Below are positions 42,492 to 52,124 of a stretch of 64,000 nucleotides of DNA, piece by piece. The stretch covers positions 1 to 64,000 of the forward strand of contig RDOA01000014.1 in NCBI GenBank assembly GCA_011364925.1, given 5' to 3'. The notes beneath the pieces were generated by a model that did no database searches, had not been told where the DNA came from, and worked only from the letters and a program-made list of their open reading frames with translations. The DNA is from Promethearchaeota archaeon (GTDB taxonomy: Archaea; Asgardarchaeota; Lokiarchaeia; Sigyniarchaeales; SOKP01). The first letter of the stretch is position 1. Each line of letters opens with the position of its first letter. A program made the translations under genes and the position numbers.

Positions 42492-43760
42492 ATGACAATA
42501 TCAAGTAAAATTGTACAGAACGAAAAAGTGCGAACTATAGTTAATAAGGATTACGAGGATAAAGAATTTCTAAATCTAATGAAAAACATCACAGCTGATT
42601 CCATTAATTCTAATGCCTATTACAAAGAACTCGCTGTTAAAAAAAACTATAATATTGATGATGTGAATCAAAGGGATGATTTAGCTCTAATACCGTATAT
42701 TACGGCATCTACTTTCAAAGAATCTGTGGGAATGTATAAGAAATTATTGAAAATTCCCTTAGAATCCCCTGAGTTTAATACTTGGAACGTGTCGTCTTGT
42801 ACAACTGGGGATCCCTCATTAGTAGGGAGATCTTCAGACGATTTAGATTTTTTAGCCAGTATGACCATAAAGTGCATTTATGAGTTCATCCCAATACCGG
42901 TGGAGGAACACAATCAATACGGGACTATCTCAATGAATTTTGCTCCTAATGTTAAGTTCTTAGATCGGATTGCGATGAGATACACTGAAATGAGACCAGT
43001 GAAATTATATACCAGCACATTGAACGATATTACTACTAGAATCACCAAACCAATGTATTTGATCAAGTTCTTTATCTTCAAAGCGTTAAAAGAGATAATC
43101 AAGAAACGTGGTTTAAGAGGTGCTTTCGGAATTAATGCTCAACATGTTATAAAAACAATTAACAACAACTCAAGGTTACCACCAGATGATCAAAAAAACA
43201 TTTCAATTGGGGGAAGCCTTCAATTATTAAACACATTTATGAATAAATATTTAAAAGAGGCAAACATAAAATTTGACTTACCAAACTGTTATATAACTAC
43301 TGGTGGTGGTGGATGGAGTGGACATAAATCTCAACTAAAATATCCTCCCATTGAGAAAAAACGGTTTGTTTCAGACTGTATTGAGTATTTTGGAACAAAA
43401 AGTGAAAATATTACTGATATGTATGGTTTTACAGAAACACCAATAGTATTTGGAAGTCATTGGTCAGAAAAGCATCAGGATTTTATATTTCACTGTCCAC
43501 CTCAAGCTAGAACTATAATTCGAGACATTAATAATCTAGAACCTCTAAAAAGTGCGGGAGACACGGGATTTTTGGAAGTTCTTACCCCTTTTGGTGTGTC
43601 TGCCTCAGTAAATCATGCTATTCTCGTTGATGACCTTGTACAACTTATTTCTAAGCATAAGTGTCTTGAATGTGGTTATGAAGGTTGTACTTTCATAGTT
43701 CAAGGAAGAATCAAAGACAAAACAGGACTAGGATGCTCCTCTCTCGTTGAATGGATCTAG
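42492..43760 (+). CDS. LuxE-like acyl-protein synthetase (ANL adenylating superfamily)
   Basis: IPYI...FK, SSCTTGDPS P-loop, TGGGGW, DMYGFTE, GFLEVLTP, DD, and C-terminal GR...GCS carrying the acyl-acceptor Cys. Confidence 0.8.
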   Translation: MTISSKIVQNEKVRTIVNKDYEDKEFLNLMKNITADSINSNAYYKELAVKKNYNIDDVNQRDDLALIPYITASTFKESVGMYKKLLKIPLESPEFNTWNVSSCTTGDPSLVGRSSDDLDFLASMTIKCIYEFIPIPVEEHNQYGTISMNFAPNVKFLDRIAMRYTEMRPVKLYTSTLNDITTRITKPMYLIKFFIFKALKEIIKKRGLRGAFGINAQHVIKTINNNSRLPPDDQKNISIGGSLQLLNTFMNKYLKEANIKFDLPNCYITTGGGGWSGHKSQLKYPPIEKKRFVSDCIEYFGTKSENITDMYGFTETPIVFGSHWSEKHQDFIFHCPPQARTIIRDINNLEPLKSAGDTGFLEVLTPFGVSASVNHAILVDDLVQLISKHKCLECGYEGCTFIVQGRIKDKTGLGCSSLVEWI

Positions 43761-43831
43761 ATTATGTTAATATTTTTCTTTTATAAAAAAAGATTAATTT
43801 CGAACCATTGATTTTAAATCGGACTCAAGAT

Positions 43832-44923
43832 TTACCTTTCGCGTCTATTCTGTATGAACTTTATCAATCGTCTTTTTGCTATATTATCGTCCAATTGTTC
43901 GACAGGATGCTTATTAAAGAACGAGCAAGCAGAGTGTAATATCCCACCAATTTTGCGATCTCTAGCAATTTTGGAAATACGGACACAATCAGCTATAATT
44001 CCCGCTGAATTATTTCCATCTTCTACGAACATAGTAATATCAACTCTTACTGGAGCTCCTCCAAAAACCCTGCCTTCGAGTCTCATATACGCTTCTTTCT
44101 GATTCTTTAAAAACGGGATGTAATCAACAGCAGACACTTGACATTCCACATCCTCCTTATTTTGAAGATTAGCAACGACAGCTTCAGTTTTAGACTGTCG
44201 TTTTCCCTTTTCGTAAACCAAATTTCCATTAGGTTGAGGTGTTAATAAGTTACAAAAATCAGACGATCCACCCCAATCGAGTTGAATTGTGCGATCGAGA
44301 ATTGCCCCTCTCATAGGAAACAAATTTGTTAATGAGCGATGAATAATAGTTGCTCCGATTTGGGATTTTACATCGTCTCCTATCAAGGAAAGGTTTAACT
44401 CTTGAGCTTTTTTCACGATTTCTGCATCATGTACTACTGGAGAAGGCATACCATTAACGATACAAGCACCAGCATTAAGAGCAGCCATTGCATAGTATTT
44501 TACTGCCTGATGACATCCCGTCGGCAATAAAATAACGGCAACATCAACATTTTTACATCTCATTTCTTCGGTTACATCAGATACGAGCTGTTTTTCGTCA
44601 GTAGGAATTATATTTTTTATATTGCTATTTAAACCGTCCATTATCGGTCCTTTTAACACTGAAGCATTTAGGAGATTGGGTTCATATCTTTTCGTATTAC
44701 AATTTGGGCTAACAAAAATCGCTTCACTTAAATCTTTACCAACTTTATTCGAATTAACATCAAATCCTAAGACGAAATTAATATCATCAACCTGGTATTG
44801 AGTAATTTCCGGTAACAGACCGATGATATCGTTAGGATCTCTCTTATATTTTTCAACACCTTGAACTAAGGCGCTCGCAACATCTCCTATACCGATAAGA
44901 CAAGTGTTGATTTTATTCGCCAT
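43832..44923 (-). CDS. ino1: Myo-inositol-1-phosphate synthase (archaeal/actinobacterial type, divergent)
   Basis: GIGDVASALVQG, FDV...KVGKDLSEAI, LPTG, GDDVKSQIGATIIHR, SKTEAV, DYIPFL..QK, NSAGII.D.VR..K.A.DR.IGG. Confidence 0.9.
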   Translation of the reverse strand: MANKINTCLIGIGDVASALVQGVEKYKRDPNDIIGLLPEITQYQVDDINFVLGFDVNSNKVGKDLSEAIFVSPNCNTKRYEPNLLNASVLKGPIMDGLNSNIKNIIPTDEKQLVSDVTEEMRCKNVDVAVILLPTGCHQAVKYYAMAALNAGACIVNGMPSPVVHDAEIVKKAQELNLSLIGDDVKSQIGATIIHRSLTNLFPMRGAILDRTIQLDWGGSSDFCNLLTPQPNGNLVYEKGKRQSKTEAVVANLQNKEDVECQVSAVDYIPFLKNQKEAYMRLEGRVFGGAPVRVDITMFVEDGNNSAGIIADCVRISKIARDRKIGGILHSACSFFNKHPVEQLDDNIAKRRLIKFIQNRRER

Positions 44924-45098
44924 GATAAATCATTTATTTTGATCGTATTAAAAACTTACAGAATGACCTAAAGTTAAAAATGCAATATATTAGCATTATG
45001 ACACATTTAATAATATTTTGAAAATGAAATCTCAAAGTTCTTAAATTTATTGATATTAATAGTTTCAATTTAAACCCATAAATTCGAGTTTAGAGCAA

Positions 45099-47936
45099 AT
45101 GGAAACATCAAAAAAGAAGATATATTTAGCGTTATCACCACATATTAATTATTATCATTCATATAGAGGCGATTCTAAAGGAGAAACGGGATTTGGTAAA
45201 GATCTCGCAATGATGAGGGGGATCATTGATGAGTTAGATAAAATTGAAGATATGGGATTAGGGTCGATAAAAATATCATGGGATTATGGTGATACCTTCT
45301 GGTCAATTCAGCTCCAAAAGGAGTTTCAACCAGATGTGCTTGACAGAGTCATAGAAAGGTGTAAAAAAGGTAAAGATGAGGTTTTAATTGGTTCTTGGGG
45401 AAATGTAATGCAACCTGTTATGGACACTGAAGAATTCTTGCAACAACACCAATGGTTTTTAGAGAATTCAATGGGTATAGGTGTCAATCAATTATTTCCC
45501 GGAAGAGTAGCTCCATACGCACGAACTCAAGAATCGATGTTTTCTCAAGGAATGATTGAGCTTTACAACGATATTGGTGTAAAAGGAATATGCAACTACT
45601 ATTCTGTTTATGGATTTGATGTAGCAAGACCCTTCCTCAATCCTCGATTAGATTGGAATCAAAGATACGGTTTGGTAAAATTTAAATCTACTTTGTCAGA
45701 CGCCTCGTGCTTAATGATACCCACGTACGGATTTGGGGACATTCTTGATTTTTGTTCAATGAAAAGATGGTTTAAAATTATAAGGGAAAAACAGTTAGGT
45801 GGAGAAATCAAAGGTCACGCTCTTCTTTTTCTAAACTTTGATATGGATTATGAAAATTGGCTTGGAATGAAGTTACCAAACTTTTTGAGCTGGCTACCGA
45901 ATTCTCGGGGTTTAATGGAATTTGCAGAGGTTGTAAATCAATTAGAATATGTCGAGTTTACCAACTTGTTGGAAATTGTACCTAAATTGGAGGTACATGG
46001 TGAGACAACTCTTAGAGAGGATGTTGCTGATGGGATGTGGAATGGATATTATAATTGGTCTCAAAAGTTTAACAACACGAGGTTTTGGACAGTAGGACAA
46101 CGGGCACGATGGTTGAAATGTATCTCAGATACATTTACTACTAAAAAAATTATCGAAAACTCTGCTTCGGATATTAATAAGTTAATAAGGGACAAAAGTG
46201 AATCTCCCGAGACTTATTTTAAAAATAAAATCCTACTTAATTCAACAACTAATTTTGGAATGGCTATGCCATTTCTTCACTCTGATAGGCGAAAAACAGC
46301 TATTAGTTATGCATTGAAAGCTTTTGATAGTTCTCAAAAAGCATTTGAGATAGTTTTGAAAGAATATTCAACTGAACTAGACAAAAATCTTAAAAAATAC
46401 GAAAATATGCTATTAATTTTACCTATAACTAAGAGAGGAGTATCTGAGAAGGAAACTATACCGTTAAATGATTATATATTAGCTCAATCGATACTACCCT
46501 CAAAAATTTGCGACTTAATAAAAGAAAATGATAAAAAAATTAGACTGCTGAACATTTCTTCAGAAAAAGCATTAATATCTTTCTCCATCTATAAAAAACG
46601 TGATGGAGATCGCTCAAATTTCTGGTTCGAAGCACTGATACCTCGATCAGATTTTAACTTCGATGACTCGAACAGTGCTGCCTATGCTTTAACGATTTTC
46701 GAATCAAATCAAGAACAAAGTAAATCAGAAGGAAATGAATTAACAGCAACGAAAAATTCATTAAAAAACAAATTTCTCTCATTAGAATTTAATGAACTTG
46801 GAAAGATAAATTCCTTTAAATATAACGACACTGAATTCGCATGTCCGAACTTTTTAGATTCATCGATAACCTACGGTAAAGCAAAGAATCCGAAATCGTA
46901 TTATTCAAATAAAGATGAAATCATTGTCCATCGAAAAGGTGACGATGGATTTTCTGCTTCAATTTCTATTACCAGCGAATTTCTTATAGAAAAAGAACAC
47001 AAAGTTCAAGTTGAAAAAGTGCTCAAGTTATATGCAGATTTACCATACTTATTCATATCTGTTACAATGAAAATACCCGACATTAGAGGTGAAACAACGA
47101 CTATTGGAAAAAGCGACGGAACTTCTTATTTTGTAGAGGAACAGTTTCAAGAAAAATGGCAAGAAATCATACCTTGTGAGATTAGATCAAACATTATCGG
47201 CTTAAATGAACCTCTAAAAATCTGGAAGCGTAATTTCTTAGGGGTTGTAGATCATTTTAATCTTGACATGAAAGAGGTTGATCCTAAAAACGCTAATATA
47301 GATTGTTTAGTAGCAAATATATCAGATGGATGGATGGCTCTATCAAATGAAGAAAAAGGAATACTCGTTGGTTTTAATTCACTGAAAGCCTCAAATTTTG
47401 CATTTTCCCCGATTAAAATAAGAGATAAAGGTTTTGGAGATCTTGCGATTAAAGGTCAACAAGTAAGAATTAATCCGTTTGGAACATATTATGGAAAATT
47501 GCTTCATTACTGGTCGGAAGGAAACGCTCACGCACAAAAGATTGTTTCCAAGTTAATTGGTACCAATGAATCTACAGCTGCGACATTCAGTGGTAAGAAT
47601 GTTTCGTTTGATTTACTAATATCTCCTTACTTAGCGAATTCCCCTCCTGAACCTGTTAGAAATTTTGCAGATCATTACTCTTTCGAACCATTAGTCTTAT
47701 TCAAACAAAAGGAAGAAAGTCAAATCTGCTCTAATCACGCTCCTTATGTCAAAGAGAAAGAGAAGATGATTGAAGAATTTGGGGTCGAAGATGTAATGAA
47801 AATGACTTATATTGAATGGGTGAAAAAAGTAAATGAGGGATATAAACCCTCTGAGTCAAGATCCAGTGGAGGATTACCGAATATATCGATTGTTAACATG
47901 ATAAGAGTTTTAATTGATGGGATAAAAGGAAGGTAA
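45099..47936 (+). CDS. Large GH38/GH57-like glycoside hydrolase-fold protein
   Basis: N-terminal H-x-N-x-x-H-S-Y barrel start, R.QE and NFDMD.E.W; C-terminal beta-supersandwich pattern (LKNKFLSLEFNELGKINSF; LKLYADLPYL) as in alpha-mannosidases. Confidence 0.55.
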   Translation: METSKKKIYLALSPHINYYHSYRGDSKGETGFGKDLAMMRGIIDELDKIEDMGLGSIKISWDYGDTFWSIQLQKEFQPDVLDRVIERCKKGKDEVLIGSWGNVMQPVMDTEEFLQQHQWFLENSMGIGVNQLFPGRVAPYARTQESMFSQGMIELYNDIGVKGICNYYSVYGFDVARPFLNPRLDWNQRYGLVKFKSTLSDASCLMIPTYGFGDILDFCSMKRWFKIIREKQLGGEIKGHALLFLNFDMDYENWLGMKLPNFLSWLPNSRGLMEFAEVVNQLEYVEFTNLLEIVPKLEVHGETTLREDVADGMWNGYYNWSQKFNNTRFWTVGQRARWLKCISDTFTTKKIIENSASDINKLIRDKSESPETYFKNKILLNSTTNFGMAMPFLHSDRRKTAISYALKAFDSSQKAFEIVLKEYSTELDKNLKKYENMLLILPITKRGVSEKETIPLNDYILAQSILPSKICDLIKENDKKIRLLNISSEKALISFSIYKKRDGDRSNFWFEALIPRSDFNFDDSNSAAYALTIFESNQEQSKSEGNELTATKNSLKNKFLSLEFNELGKINSFKYNDTEFACPNFLDSSITYGKAKNPKSYYSNKDEIIVHRKGDDGFSASISITSEFLIEKEHKVQVEKVLKLYADLPYLFISVTMKIPDIRGETTTIGKSDGTSYFVEEQFQEKWQEIIPCEIRSNIIGLNEPLKIWKRNFLGVVDHFNLDMKEVDPKNANIDCLVANISDGWMALSNEEKGILVGFNSLKASNFAFSPIKIRDKGFGDLAIKGQQVRINPFGTYYGKLLHYWSEGNAHAQKIVSKLIGTNESTAATFSGKNVSFDLLISPYLANSPPEPVRNFADHYSFEPLVLFKQKEESQICSNHAPYVKEKEKMIEEFGVEDVMKMTYIEWVKKVNEGYKPSESRSSGGLPNISIVNMIRVLIDGIKGR

Positions 47937-47954
47937 TATAAAAGGCGATCTTGT

Positions 47955-48968
47955 GTGAAAGAAAAAATGAGAGCGTTATTATTTCCCGAACCATGGGTTG
48001 TGAAAATAATTAATATAGAAATCCCAAAACCAAAACCCAACGAGATTTTGGCTCAAATGATATCGGTTGGCATCTGTGGTAGTGATGTAGGAATTTTTGA
48101 GGGTGAACATTGGATAGTTGCTAACGAACCAGGAGGACATGGACACGAAACGGGTGCAATTGCGGTTGAAGTGGGAAGTGAAGTAGAGGGAATATCTATA
48201 GGAGATCATTTAGCCCGGATGGGACAAGGATATGCAGAGTATTCCACTCATGTAAATGTGATTGGACATGGTAAGGATGAATTCATTGGGGCTTTACCTA
48301 TTGTGAGAAATGATCTCTCCATGGACGAAATCTCTTTTGCAGACGCTGTAGGTTGCGCGATTAATTGTTATGAAAGAGCTGAATTTGAGAGAATAGAAGG
48401 CGAGAAGAAGGCTATTGTTCTAGGTCTTGGACCCATAGGACTTATTCTTACTCAAATTTTGCTAAAAAATGGGATTGAAGTTGCAACATCCGAACCATAT
48501 CATCATAAAAGAGATCTGGCAGAAAAATGGGGTGCTAAAGTATTTAATCCTAATGATTTTAGTCGAGTGACTCATGGAAAAGAGACTGTAGCTGATGAGA
48601 TTAAAAAAAGTTTTGGTGAGGCTCAAGCGGTTTTTGAGATGGTGGGTCTTAATGAAACTCTCCTAAATGCTATAGATTTGGTTAAATCTGGATTTCGAGT
48701 AATGGTATTTGGCGCTCAAAAAATGCAACAAGTGCCATATGTTAACTGTAGAAGGAAAGGTGTAGAACTAGTTTATCCCGAAGCAATGGTAAACTCGAAG
48801 ATAGATAAAGATTACTGGAACGATGCTTTAAACTTAATTGCAAGCAAAAAACTTGATTTAAATAGCCTTATTTCAGACAGAATAACCTTAGAACAAGCAG
48901 TTGATGCATTCAAATACTATGATCGGGAAAAATGGATAAAAATAATTGTAGAACCTCAAAAAAAGTAA
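47955..48968 (+). CDS. Zinc-dependent medium-chain (polyol/cyclitol) dehydrogenase
   Basis: GICGSD, GHE, GLGPIG, FEMVG; lacks the structural-zinc four-Cys loop. Confidence 0.88.
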   Translation: MKEKMRALLFPEPWVVKIINIEIPKPKPNEILAQMISVGICGSDVGIFEGEHWIVANEPGGHGHETGAIAVEVGSEVEGISIGDHLARMGQGYAEYSTHVNVIGHGKDEFIGALPIVRNDLSMDEISFADAVGCAINCYERAEFERIEGEKKAIVLGLGPIGLILTQILLKNGIEVATSEPYHHKRDLAEKWGAKVFNPNDFSRVTHGKETVADEIKKSFGEAQAVFEMVGLNETLLNAIDLVKSGFRVMVFGAQKMQQVPYVNCRRKGVELVYPEAMVNSKIDKDYWNDALNLIASKKLDLNSLISDRITLEQAVDAFKYYDREKWIKIIVEPQKK

Positions 48969-48991
48969 ATAAAATTATTATCAATTAATAA

Positions 48992-50266
48992 TTAATACTC
49001 TAACTTTAAAGTCTCCTTTACTTTCATAAATATCGGAATTGAACCGATAAAAAAGAAGGGTCCTAAAAGAAATATCCATTGAATTCCAAATAGAGTTGCT
49101 ACTATCCCTCCTGCGATGGAACCAATAATTTGAGAGGCAGTATTAACTATGTTTAATATTCCTGTAAATTTACCACGCTTTTCTTCAGGTAACAAATCTT
49201 GTGACCAAGCATTAAATGGCGTCATCATCGATAATAATCCTACTAATACAAAAGGTAATCCAATCATAAATAGAATAAAGTTTCCCAAAGCAAACGGCAT
49301 TATAGAAAATCCTATACTAATTAAAATAATTACCAGAGGAATGTATTTTTTTCTACCAAATTGATCTGATAATTTACCTAATGATATCGTCGCTACGAAT
49401 ACAACTGGAAATGCGACGCCTATTCCTAATAAGAGTTGCCATATTTCTAATCCTTGCCGTTGGATGAAGATCATTAGAAAAGGCATTATCGAACCAATCC
49501 CCGATTGGAAAATTACTAATGCTAAAAGAATCTTGAAGAATTCTTTTTGAGATTTCAACTCTTTCAAATTAAAAGTTTGCCTTATTTCATCGAGAAACCT
49601 TTTCTTCTCTGGAAATTCTGAAATCGGTCTTTCTCTTATGAATGTAAAACCTAAAGTACCAACTGACAAAAATACAAATCCTCCAATAAAAAAGATGAAA
49701 ATATGACCCTGTTGACTTATAATTATGTTGTTAATATCCCGAGGATCATTGACCCCAAATATTTGACTTCCGAGCATAAAAAACGCAACACCGACTATTA
49801 AACCTATATAGCTAATTGAGTTTACTATTCCATTTGCCCTACCTCTTTTTTCAACCTCAAATGTATCGGGGATAAGAGATCTTTCAGCAACGAGAAACGC
49901 ATTGGAAGCTATTCCGATAATCACCACATCGATTATTAAACATAGAATATAATTCCCGGAAAAACCAAAAAAGATCATTGCTATACCAGCAATCGTTCCA
50001 CCAAATAATAAATACGGTCTTCTACGCCCAAATCTAGTTCTCGTATTATCACTTATAATACCCCATACAATCATGATTATAAGTCCCATCGCAGCTGATA
50101 AAGAGACCATCAATGAGATGTATAGTTCTGGTAAAAAAAGGACATCATACAAGTACGTATTAAAAAAATTTTGTTCAAAAAAAAAGAAAAGATAATCTCC
50201 CAAATATAGTAAACCAATAAAGAATATCTGTCTTCGAAGAAATTTGCTAAATGTTTTTTCATTCAT
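48992..50266 (-). CDS. MFS sugar transporter
   Basis: GIISDNTRTRFGRRRPY, RGRANG, GKLSDQFGRK; 12 TM segments. Confidence 0.9.
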   Translation of the reverse strand: MNEKTFSKFLRRQIFFIGLLYLGDYLFFFFEQNFFNTYLYDVLFLPELYISLMVSLSAAMGLIIMIVWGIISDNTRTRFGRRRPYLLFGGTIAGIAMIFFGFSGNYILCLIIDVVIIGIASNAFLVAERSLIPDTFEVEKRGRANGIVNSISYIGLIVGVAFFMLGSQIFGVNDPRDINNIIISQQGHIFIFFIGGFVFLSVGTLGFTFIRERPISEFPEKKRFLDEIRQTFNLKELKSQKEFFKILLALVIFQSGIGSIMPFLMIFIQRQGLEIWQLLLGIGVAFPVVFVATISLGKLSDQFGRKKYIPLVIILISIGFSIMPFALGNFILFMIGLPFVLVGLLSMMTPFNAWSQDLLPEEKRGKFTGILNIVNTASQIIGSIAGGIVATLFGIQWIFLLGPFFFIGSIPIFMKVKETLKLEY

Positions 50267-50372
50267 TTTGAAATTCTAACGCTTTAATTATATTTTTAAA
50301 ATGTAAAATGAAAAACAAAGTAAGTATTGAAGGAAAATTTAAGAATATTCTGCGCTTCTTTAAAGTTAATTT

Positions 50373-51266
50373 ATGATAAGAAATGTCGTTTTTTCAGCAA
50401 GGGAGGATCATGATGTAGTGAAAGGCGTGATAAATAGGCTTAAGAAATTACCTAATATTAATTTGCATTTTCATGACCCCACAAAACAGTTTTTTAATCT
50501 TTCTAGAATGCCTAAATCAATTAAAGAAGCTGATTTAATAATTGTTAAGGTGAGAAACGATTGTTCGATCGATTTATTACATTATGCGAAAACAAATCAT
50601 ATTCCTACGCTACATAGTATAGATACAGTGCTTATGTGTAAGAATAAAATATCCCTTGACTATGCTCTTAGAAAAGTGTTATCAACTTATCCTACAATTA
50701 GAAAAAAGTTTTCATTTCCTAACTCTTGGAATAATAACATTACAGATGTTAATGTTTTTAAAAAATGGGCTTCTAATAAACTTCCAATTGTAATTAAAAG
50801 CCATTACCAACACGACAAGTATAATAGATTCAACTTTCTGGTCAGAAAGATTGAAGAGATTGATACATTTTGCGAGAGATATAAACATCTTTTATATTAC
50901 GATGTATACATACAAAAATTTATCGAGTGTGATGGTTTTGAAAGAAAAGTTTATGTGATAGGAGAAAAAGTTTATGGAATCATCCGAGAAAATCCGATTT
51001 ACATATTTTTGCGAGACAAACCTAACCAGATTAATGTAGATGATATTAAAAGAAAGGAATTTAAGATATCTGATGAAATTAGAGAGTTAGCTGAACTTTT
51101 GGCTCATGAGCTTAAACTTAAAATATTCGGTTTCGATTTAGTAAAACCTGTAGATAAGGATCGTTATTATCTAATTGATTTAAACGATTTCCCTGGATTT
51201 AGAGGAATAAAGAATGTAGAAGATCAAATAACTAATTGTTTGCTTGATGTTATTAGCAACTTGTAG
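50373..51266 (+). CDS. ITPK1-like inositol phosphate kinase (ATP-grasp)
   Basis: DLIIVKV, LPIVIKSH, IQKFIECDGFERKVYVIG, LKLKIFGFDLV, YYLIDLNDFPGFRG. Confidence 0.8.
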   Translation: MIRNVVFSAREDHDVVKGVINRLKKLPNINLHFHDPTKQFFNLSRMPKSIKEADLIIVKVRNDCSIDLLHYAKTNHIPTLHSIDTVLMCKNKISLDYALRKVLSTYPTIRKKFSFPNSWNNNITDVNVFKKWASNKLPIVIKSHYQHDKYNRFNFLVRKIEEIDTFCERYKHLLYYDVYIQKFIECDGFERKVYVIGEKVYGIIRENPIYIFLRDKPNQINVDDIKRKEFKISDEIRELAELLAHELKLKIFGFDLVKPVDKDRYYLIDLNDFPGFRGIKNVEDQITNCLLDVISNL

Positions 51267-51269
51267 AGC

Positions 51270-52124
51270 TTATCCCACGATCATAAAAGGTACAATTATT
51301 ATGAATGATATTATTCCATATAAGATACAGAAATAGCTAAAATTAACCTTTTGAGCAACCTTTAATAAAACTTTCATCGAGAGGTATCCTACTATGAAAC
51401 TAATTATAGTAATAGTTAGTATTGTAATTATATCAAGGGTACCAAAGACAGAACCTTCTCCAAATAATATGTCAACTCCAATAGAAGCGATTACAACGGG
51501 AACAGACATGAGAAAACTCAATTTCAAGCTTTGATTTTGTTCATATTTCTCGAATAAAATTGTAGACACAGTGAAACCAGAGCGCGAAATTCCTGGGAGT
51601 ATGGCAATCCCTTGGATCAGTCCACTTATACTCGAATCCTTTATAATTTCTTTAGATGACGTTGTATCAACAGTCTTTTTACCAAATGTTCGCTTAAAAA
51701 TCAATAGCGCAATTCCGGTTACAATTAACAAACCAGAAATCACCAAAGTTAATACGTCGCCATTAGTTGCATTAAAACCTTCTATTATGACAACTTTAAA
51801 CAAAAAATACAGTGGTATCGCAGTTATTGCGGTTCCAAGCGTAGCAAAAATTAACCAATTTCTTTTCTTAATATCGCTTTCGTTAACTTCAAACTTTTTT
51901 GGAATAAAAGATTTAATGATTTGAATATAATCTTTTCTTAATTTGATCAAAACAGCTAATGAAGTCCCTAAATGAACCCAAATACTTAAACTAAAAGCTT
52001 CATTAGGAGGGATTCCAAATAAGCTTGTTGAAACAATCATAACCTGCCCTGAGGAAGATATTGGCAGCCACTCAAATAATCCTTGTAATATTGCTATAAT
52101 TATATATTCAATCAATTTTATCAC
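51270..52124 (-). CDS. uppP: Undecaprenyl-diphosphate phosphatase (BacA/UppP family)
   Basis: QGLFEWLPISSSG, HLGT, QGIAILPGISRSG, SFLMS.P. Confidence 0.93.
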   Translation of the reverse strand: MIKLIEYIIIAILQGLFEWLPISSSGQVMIVSTSLFGIPPNEAFSLSIWVHLGTSLAVLIKLRKDYIQIIKSFIPKKFEVNESDIKKRNWLIFATLGTAITAIPLYFLFKVVIIEGFNATNGDVLTLVISGLLIVTGIALLIFKRTFGKKTVDTTSSKEIIKDSSISGLIQGIAILPGISRSGFTVSTILFEKYEQNQSLKLSFLMSVPVVIASIGVDILFGEGSVFGTLDIITILTITIISFIVGYLSMKVLLKVAQKVNFSYFCILYGIISFIIIVPFMIVG

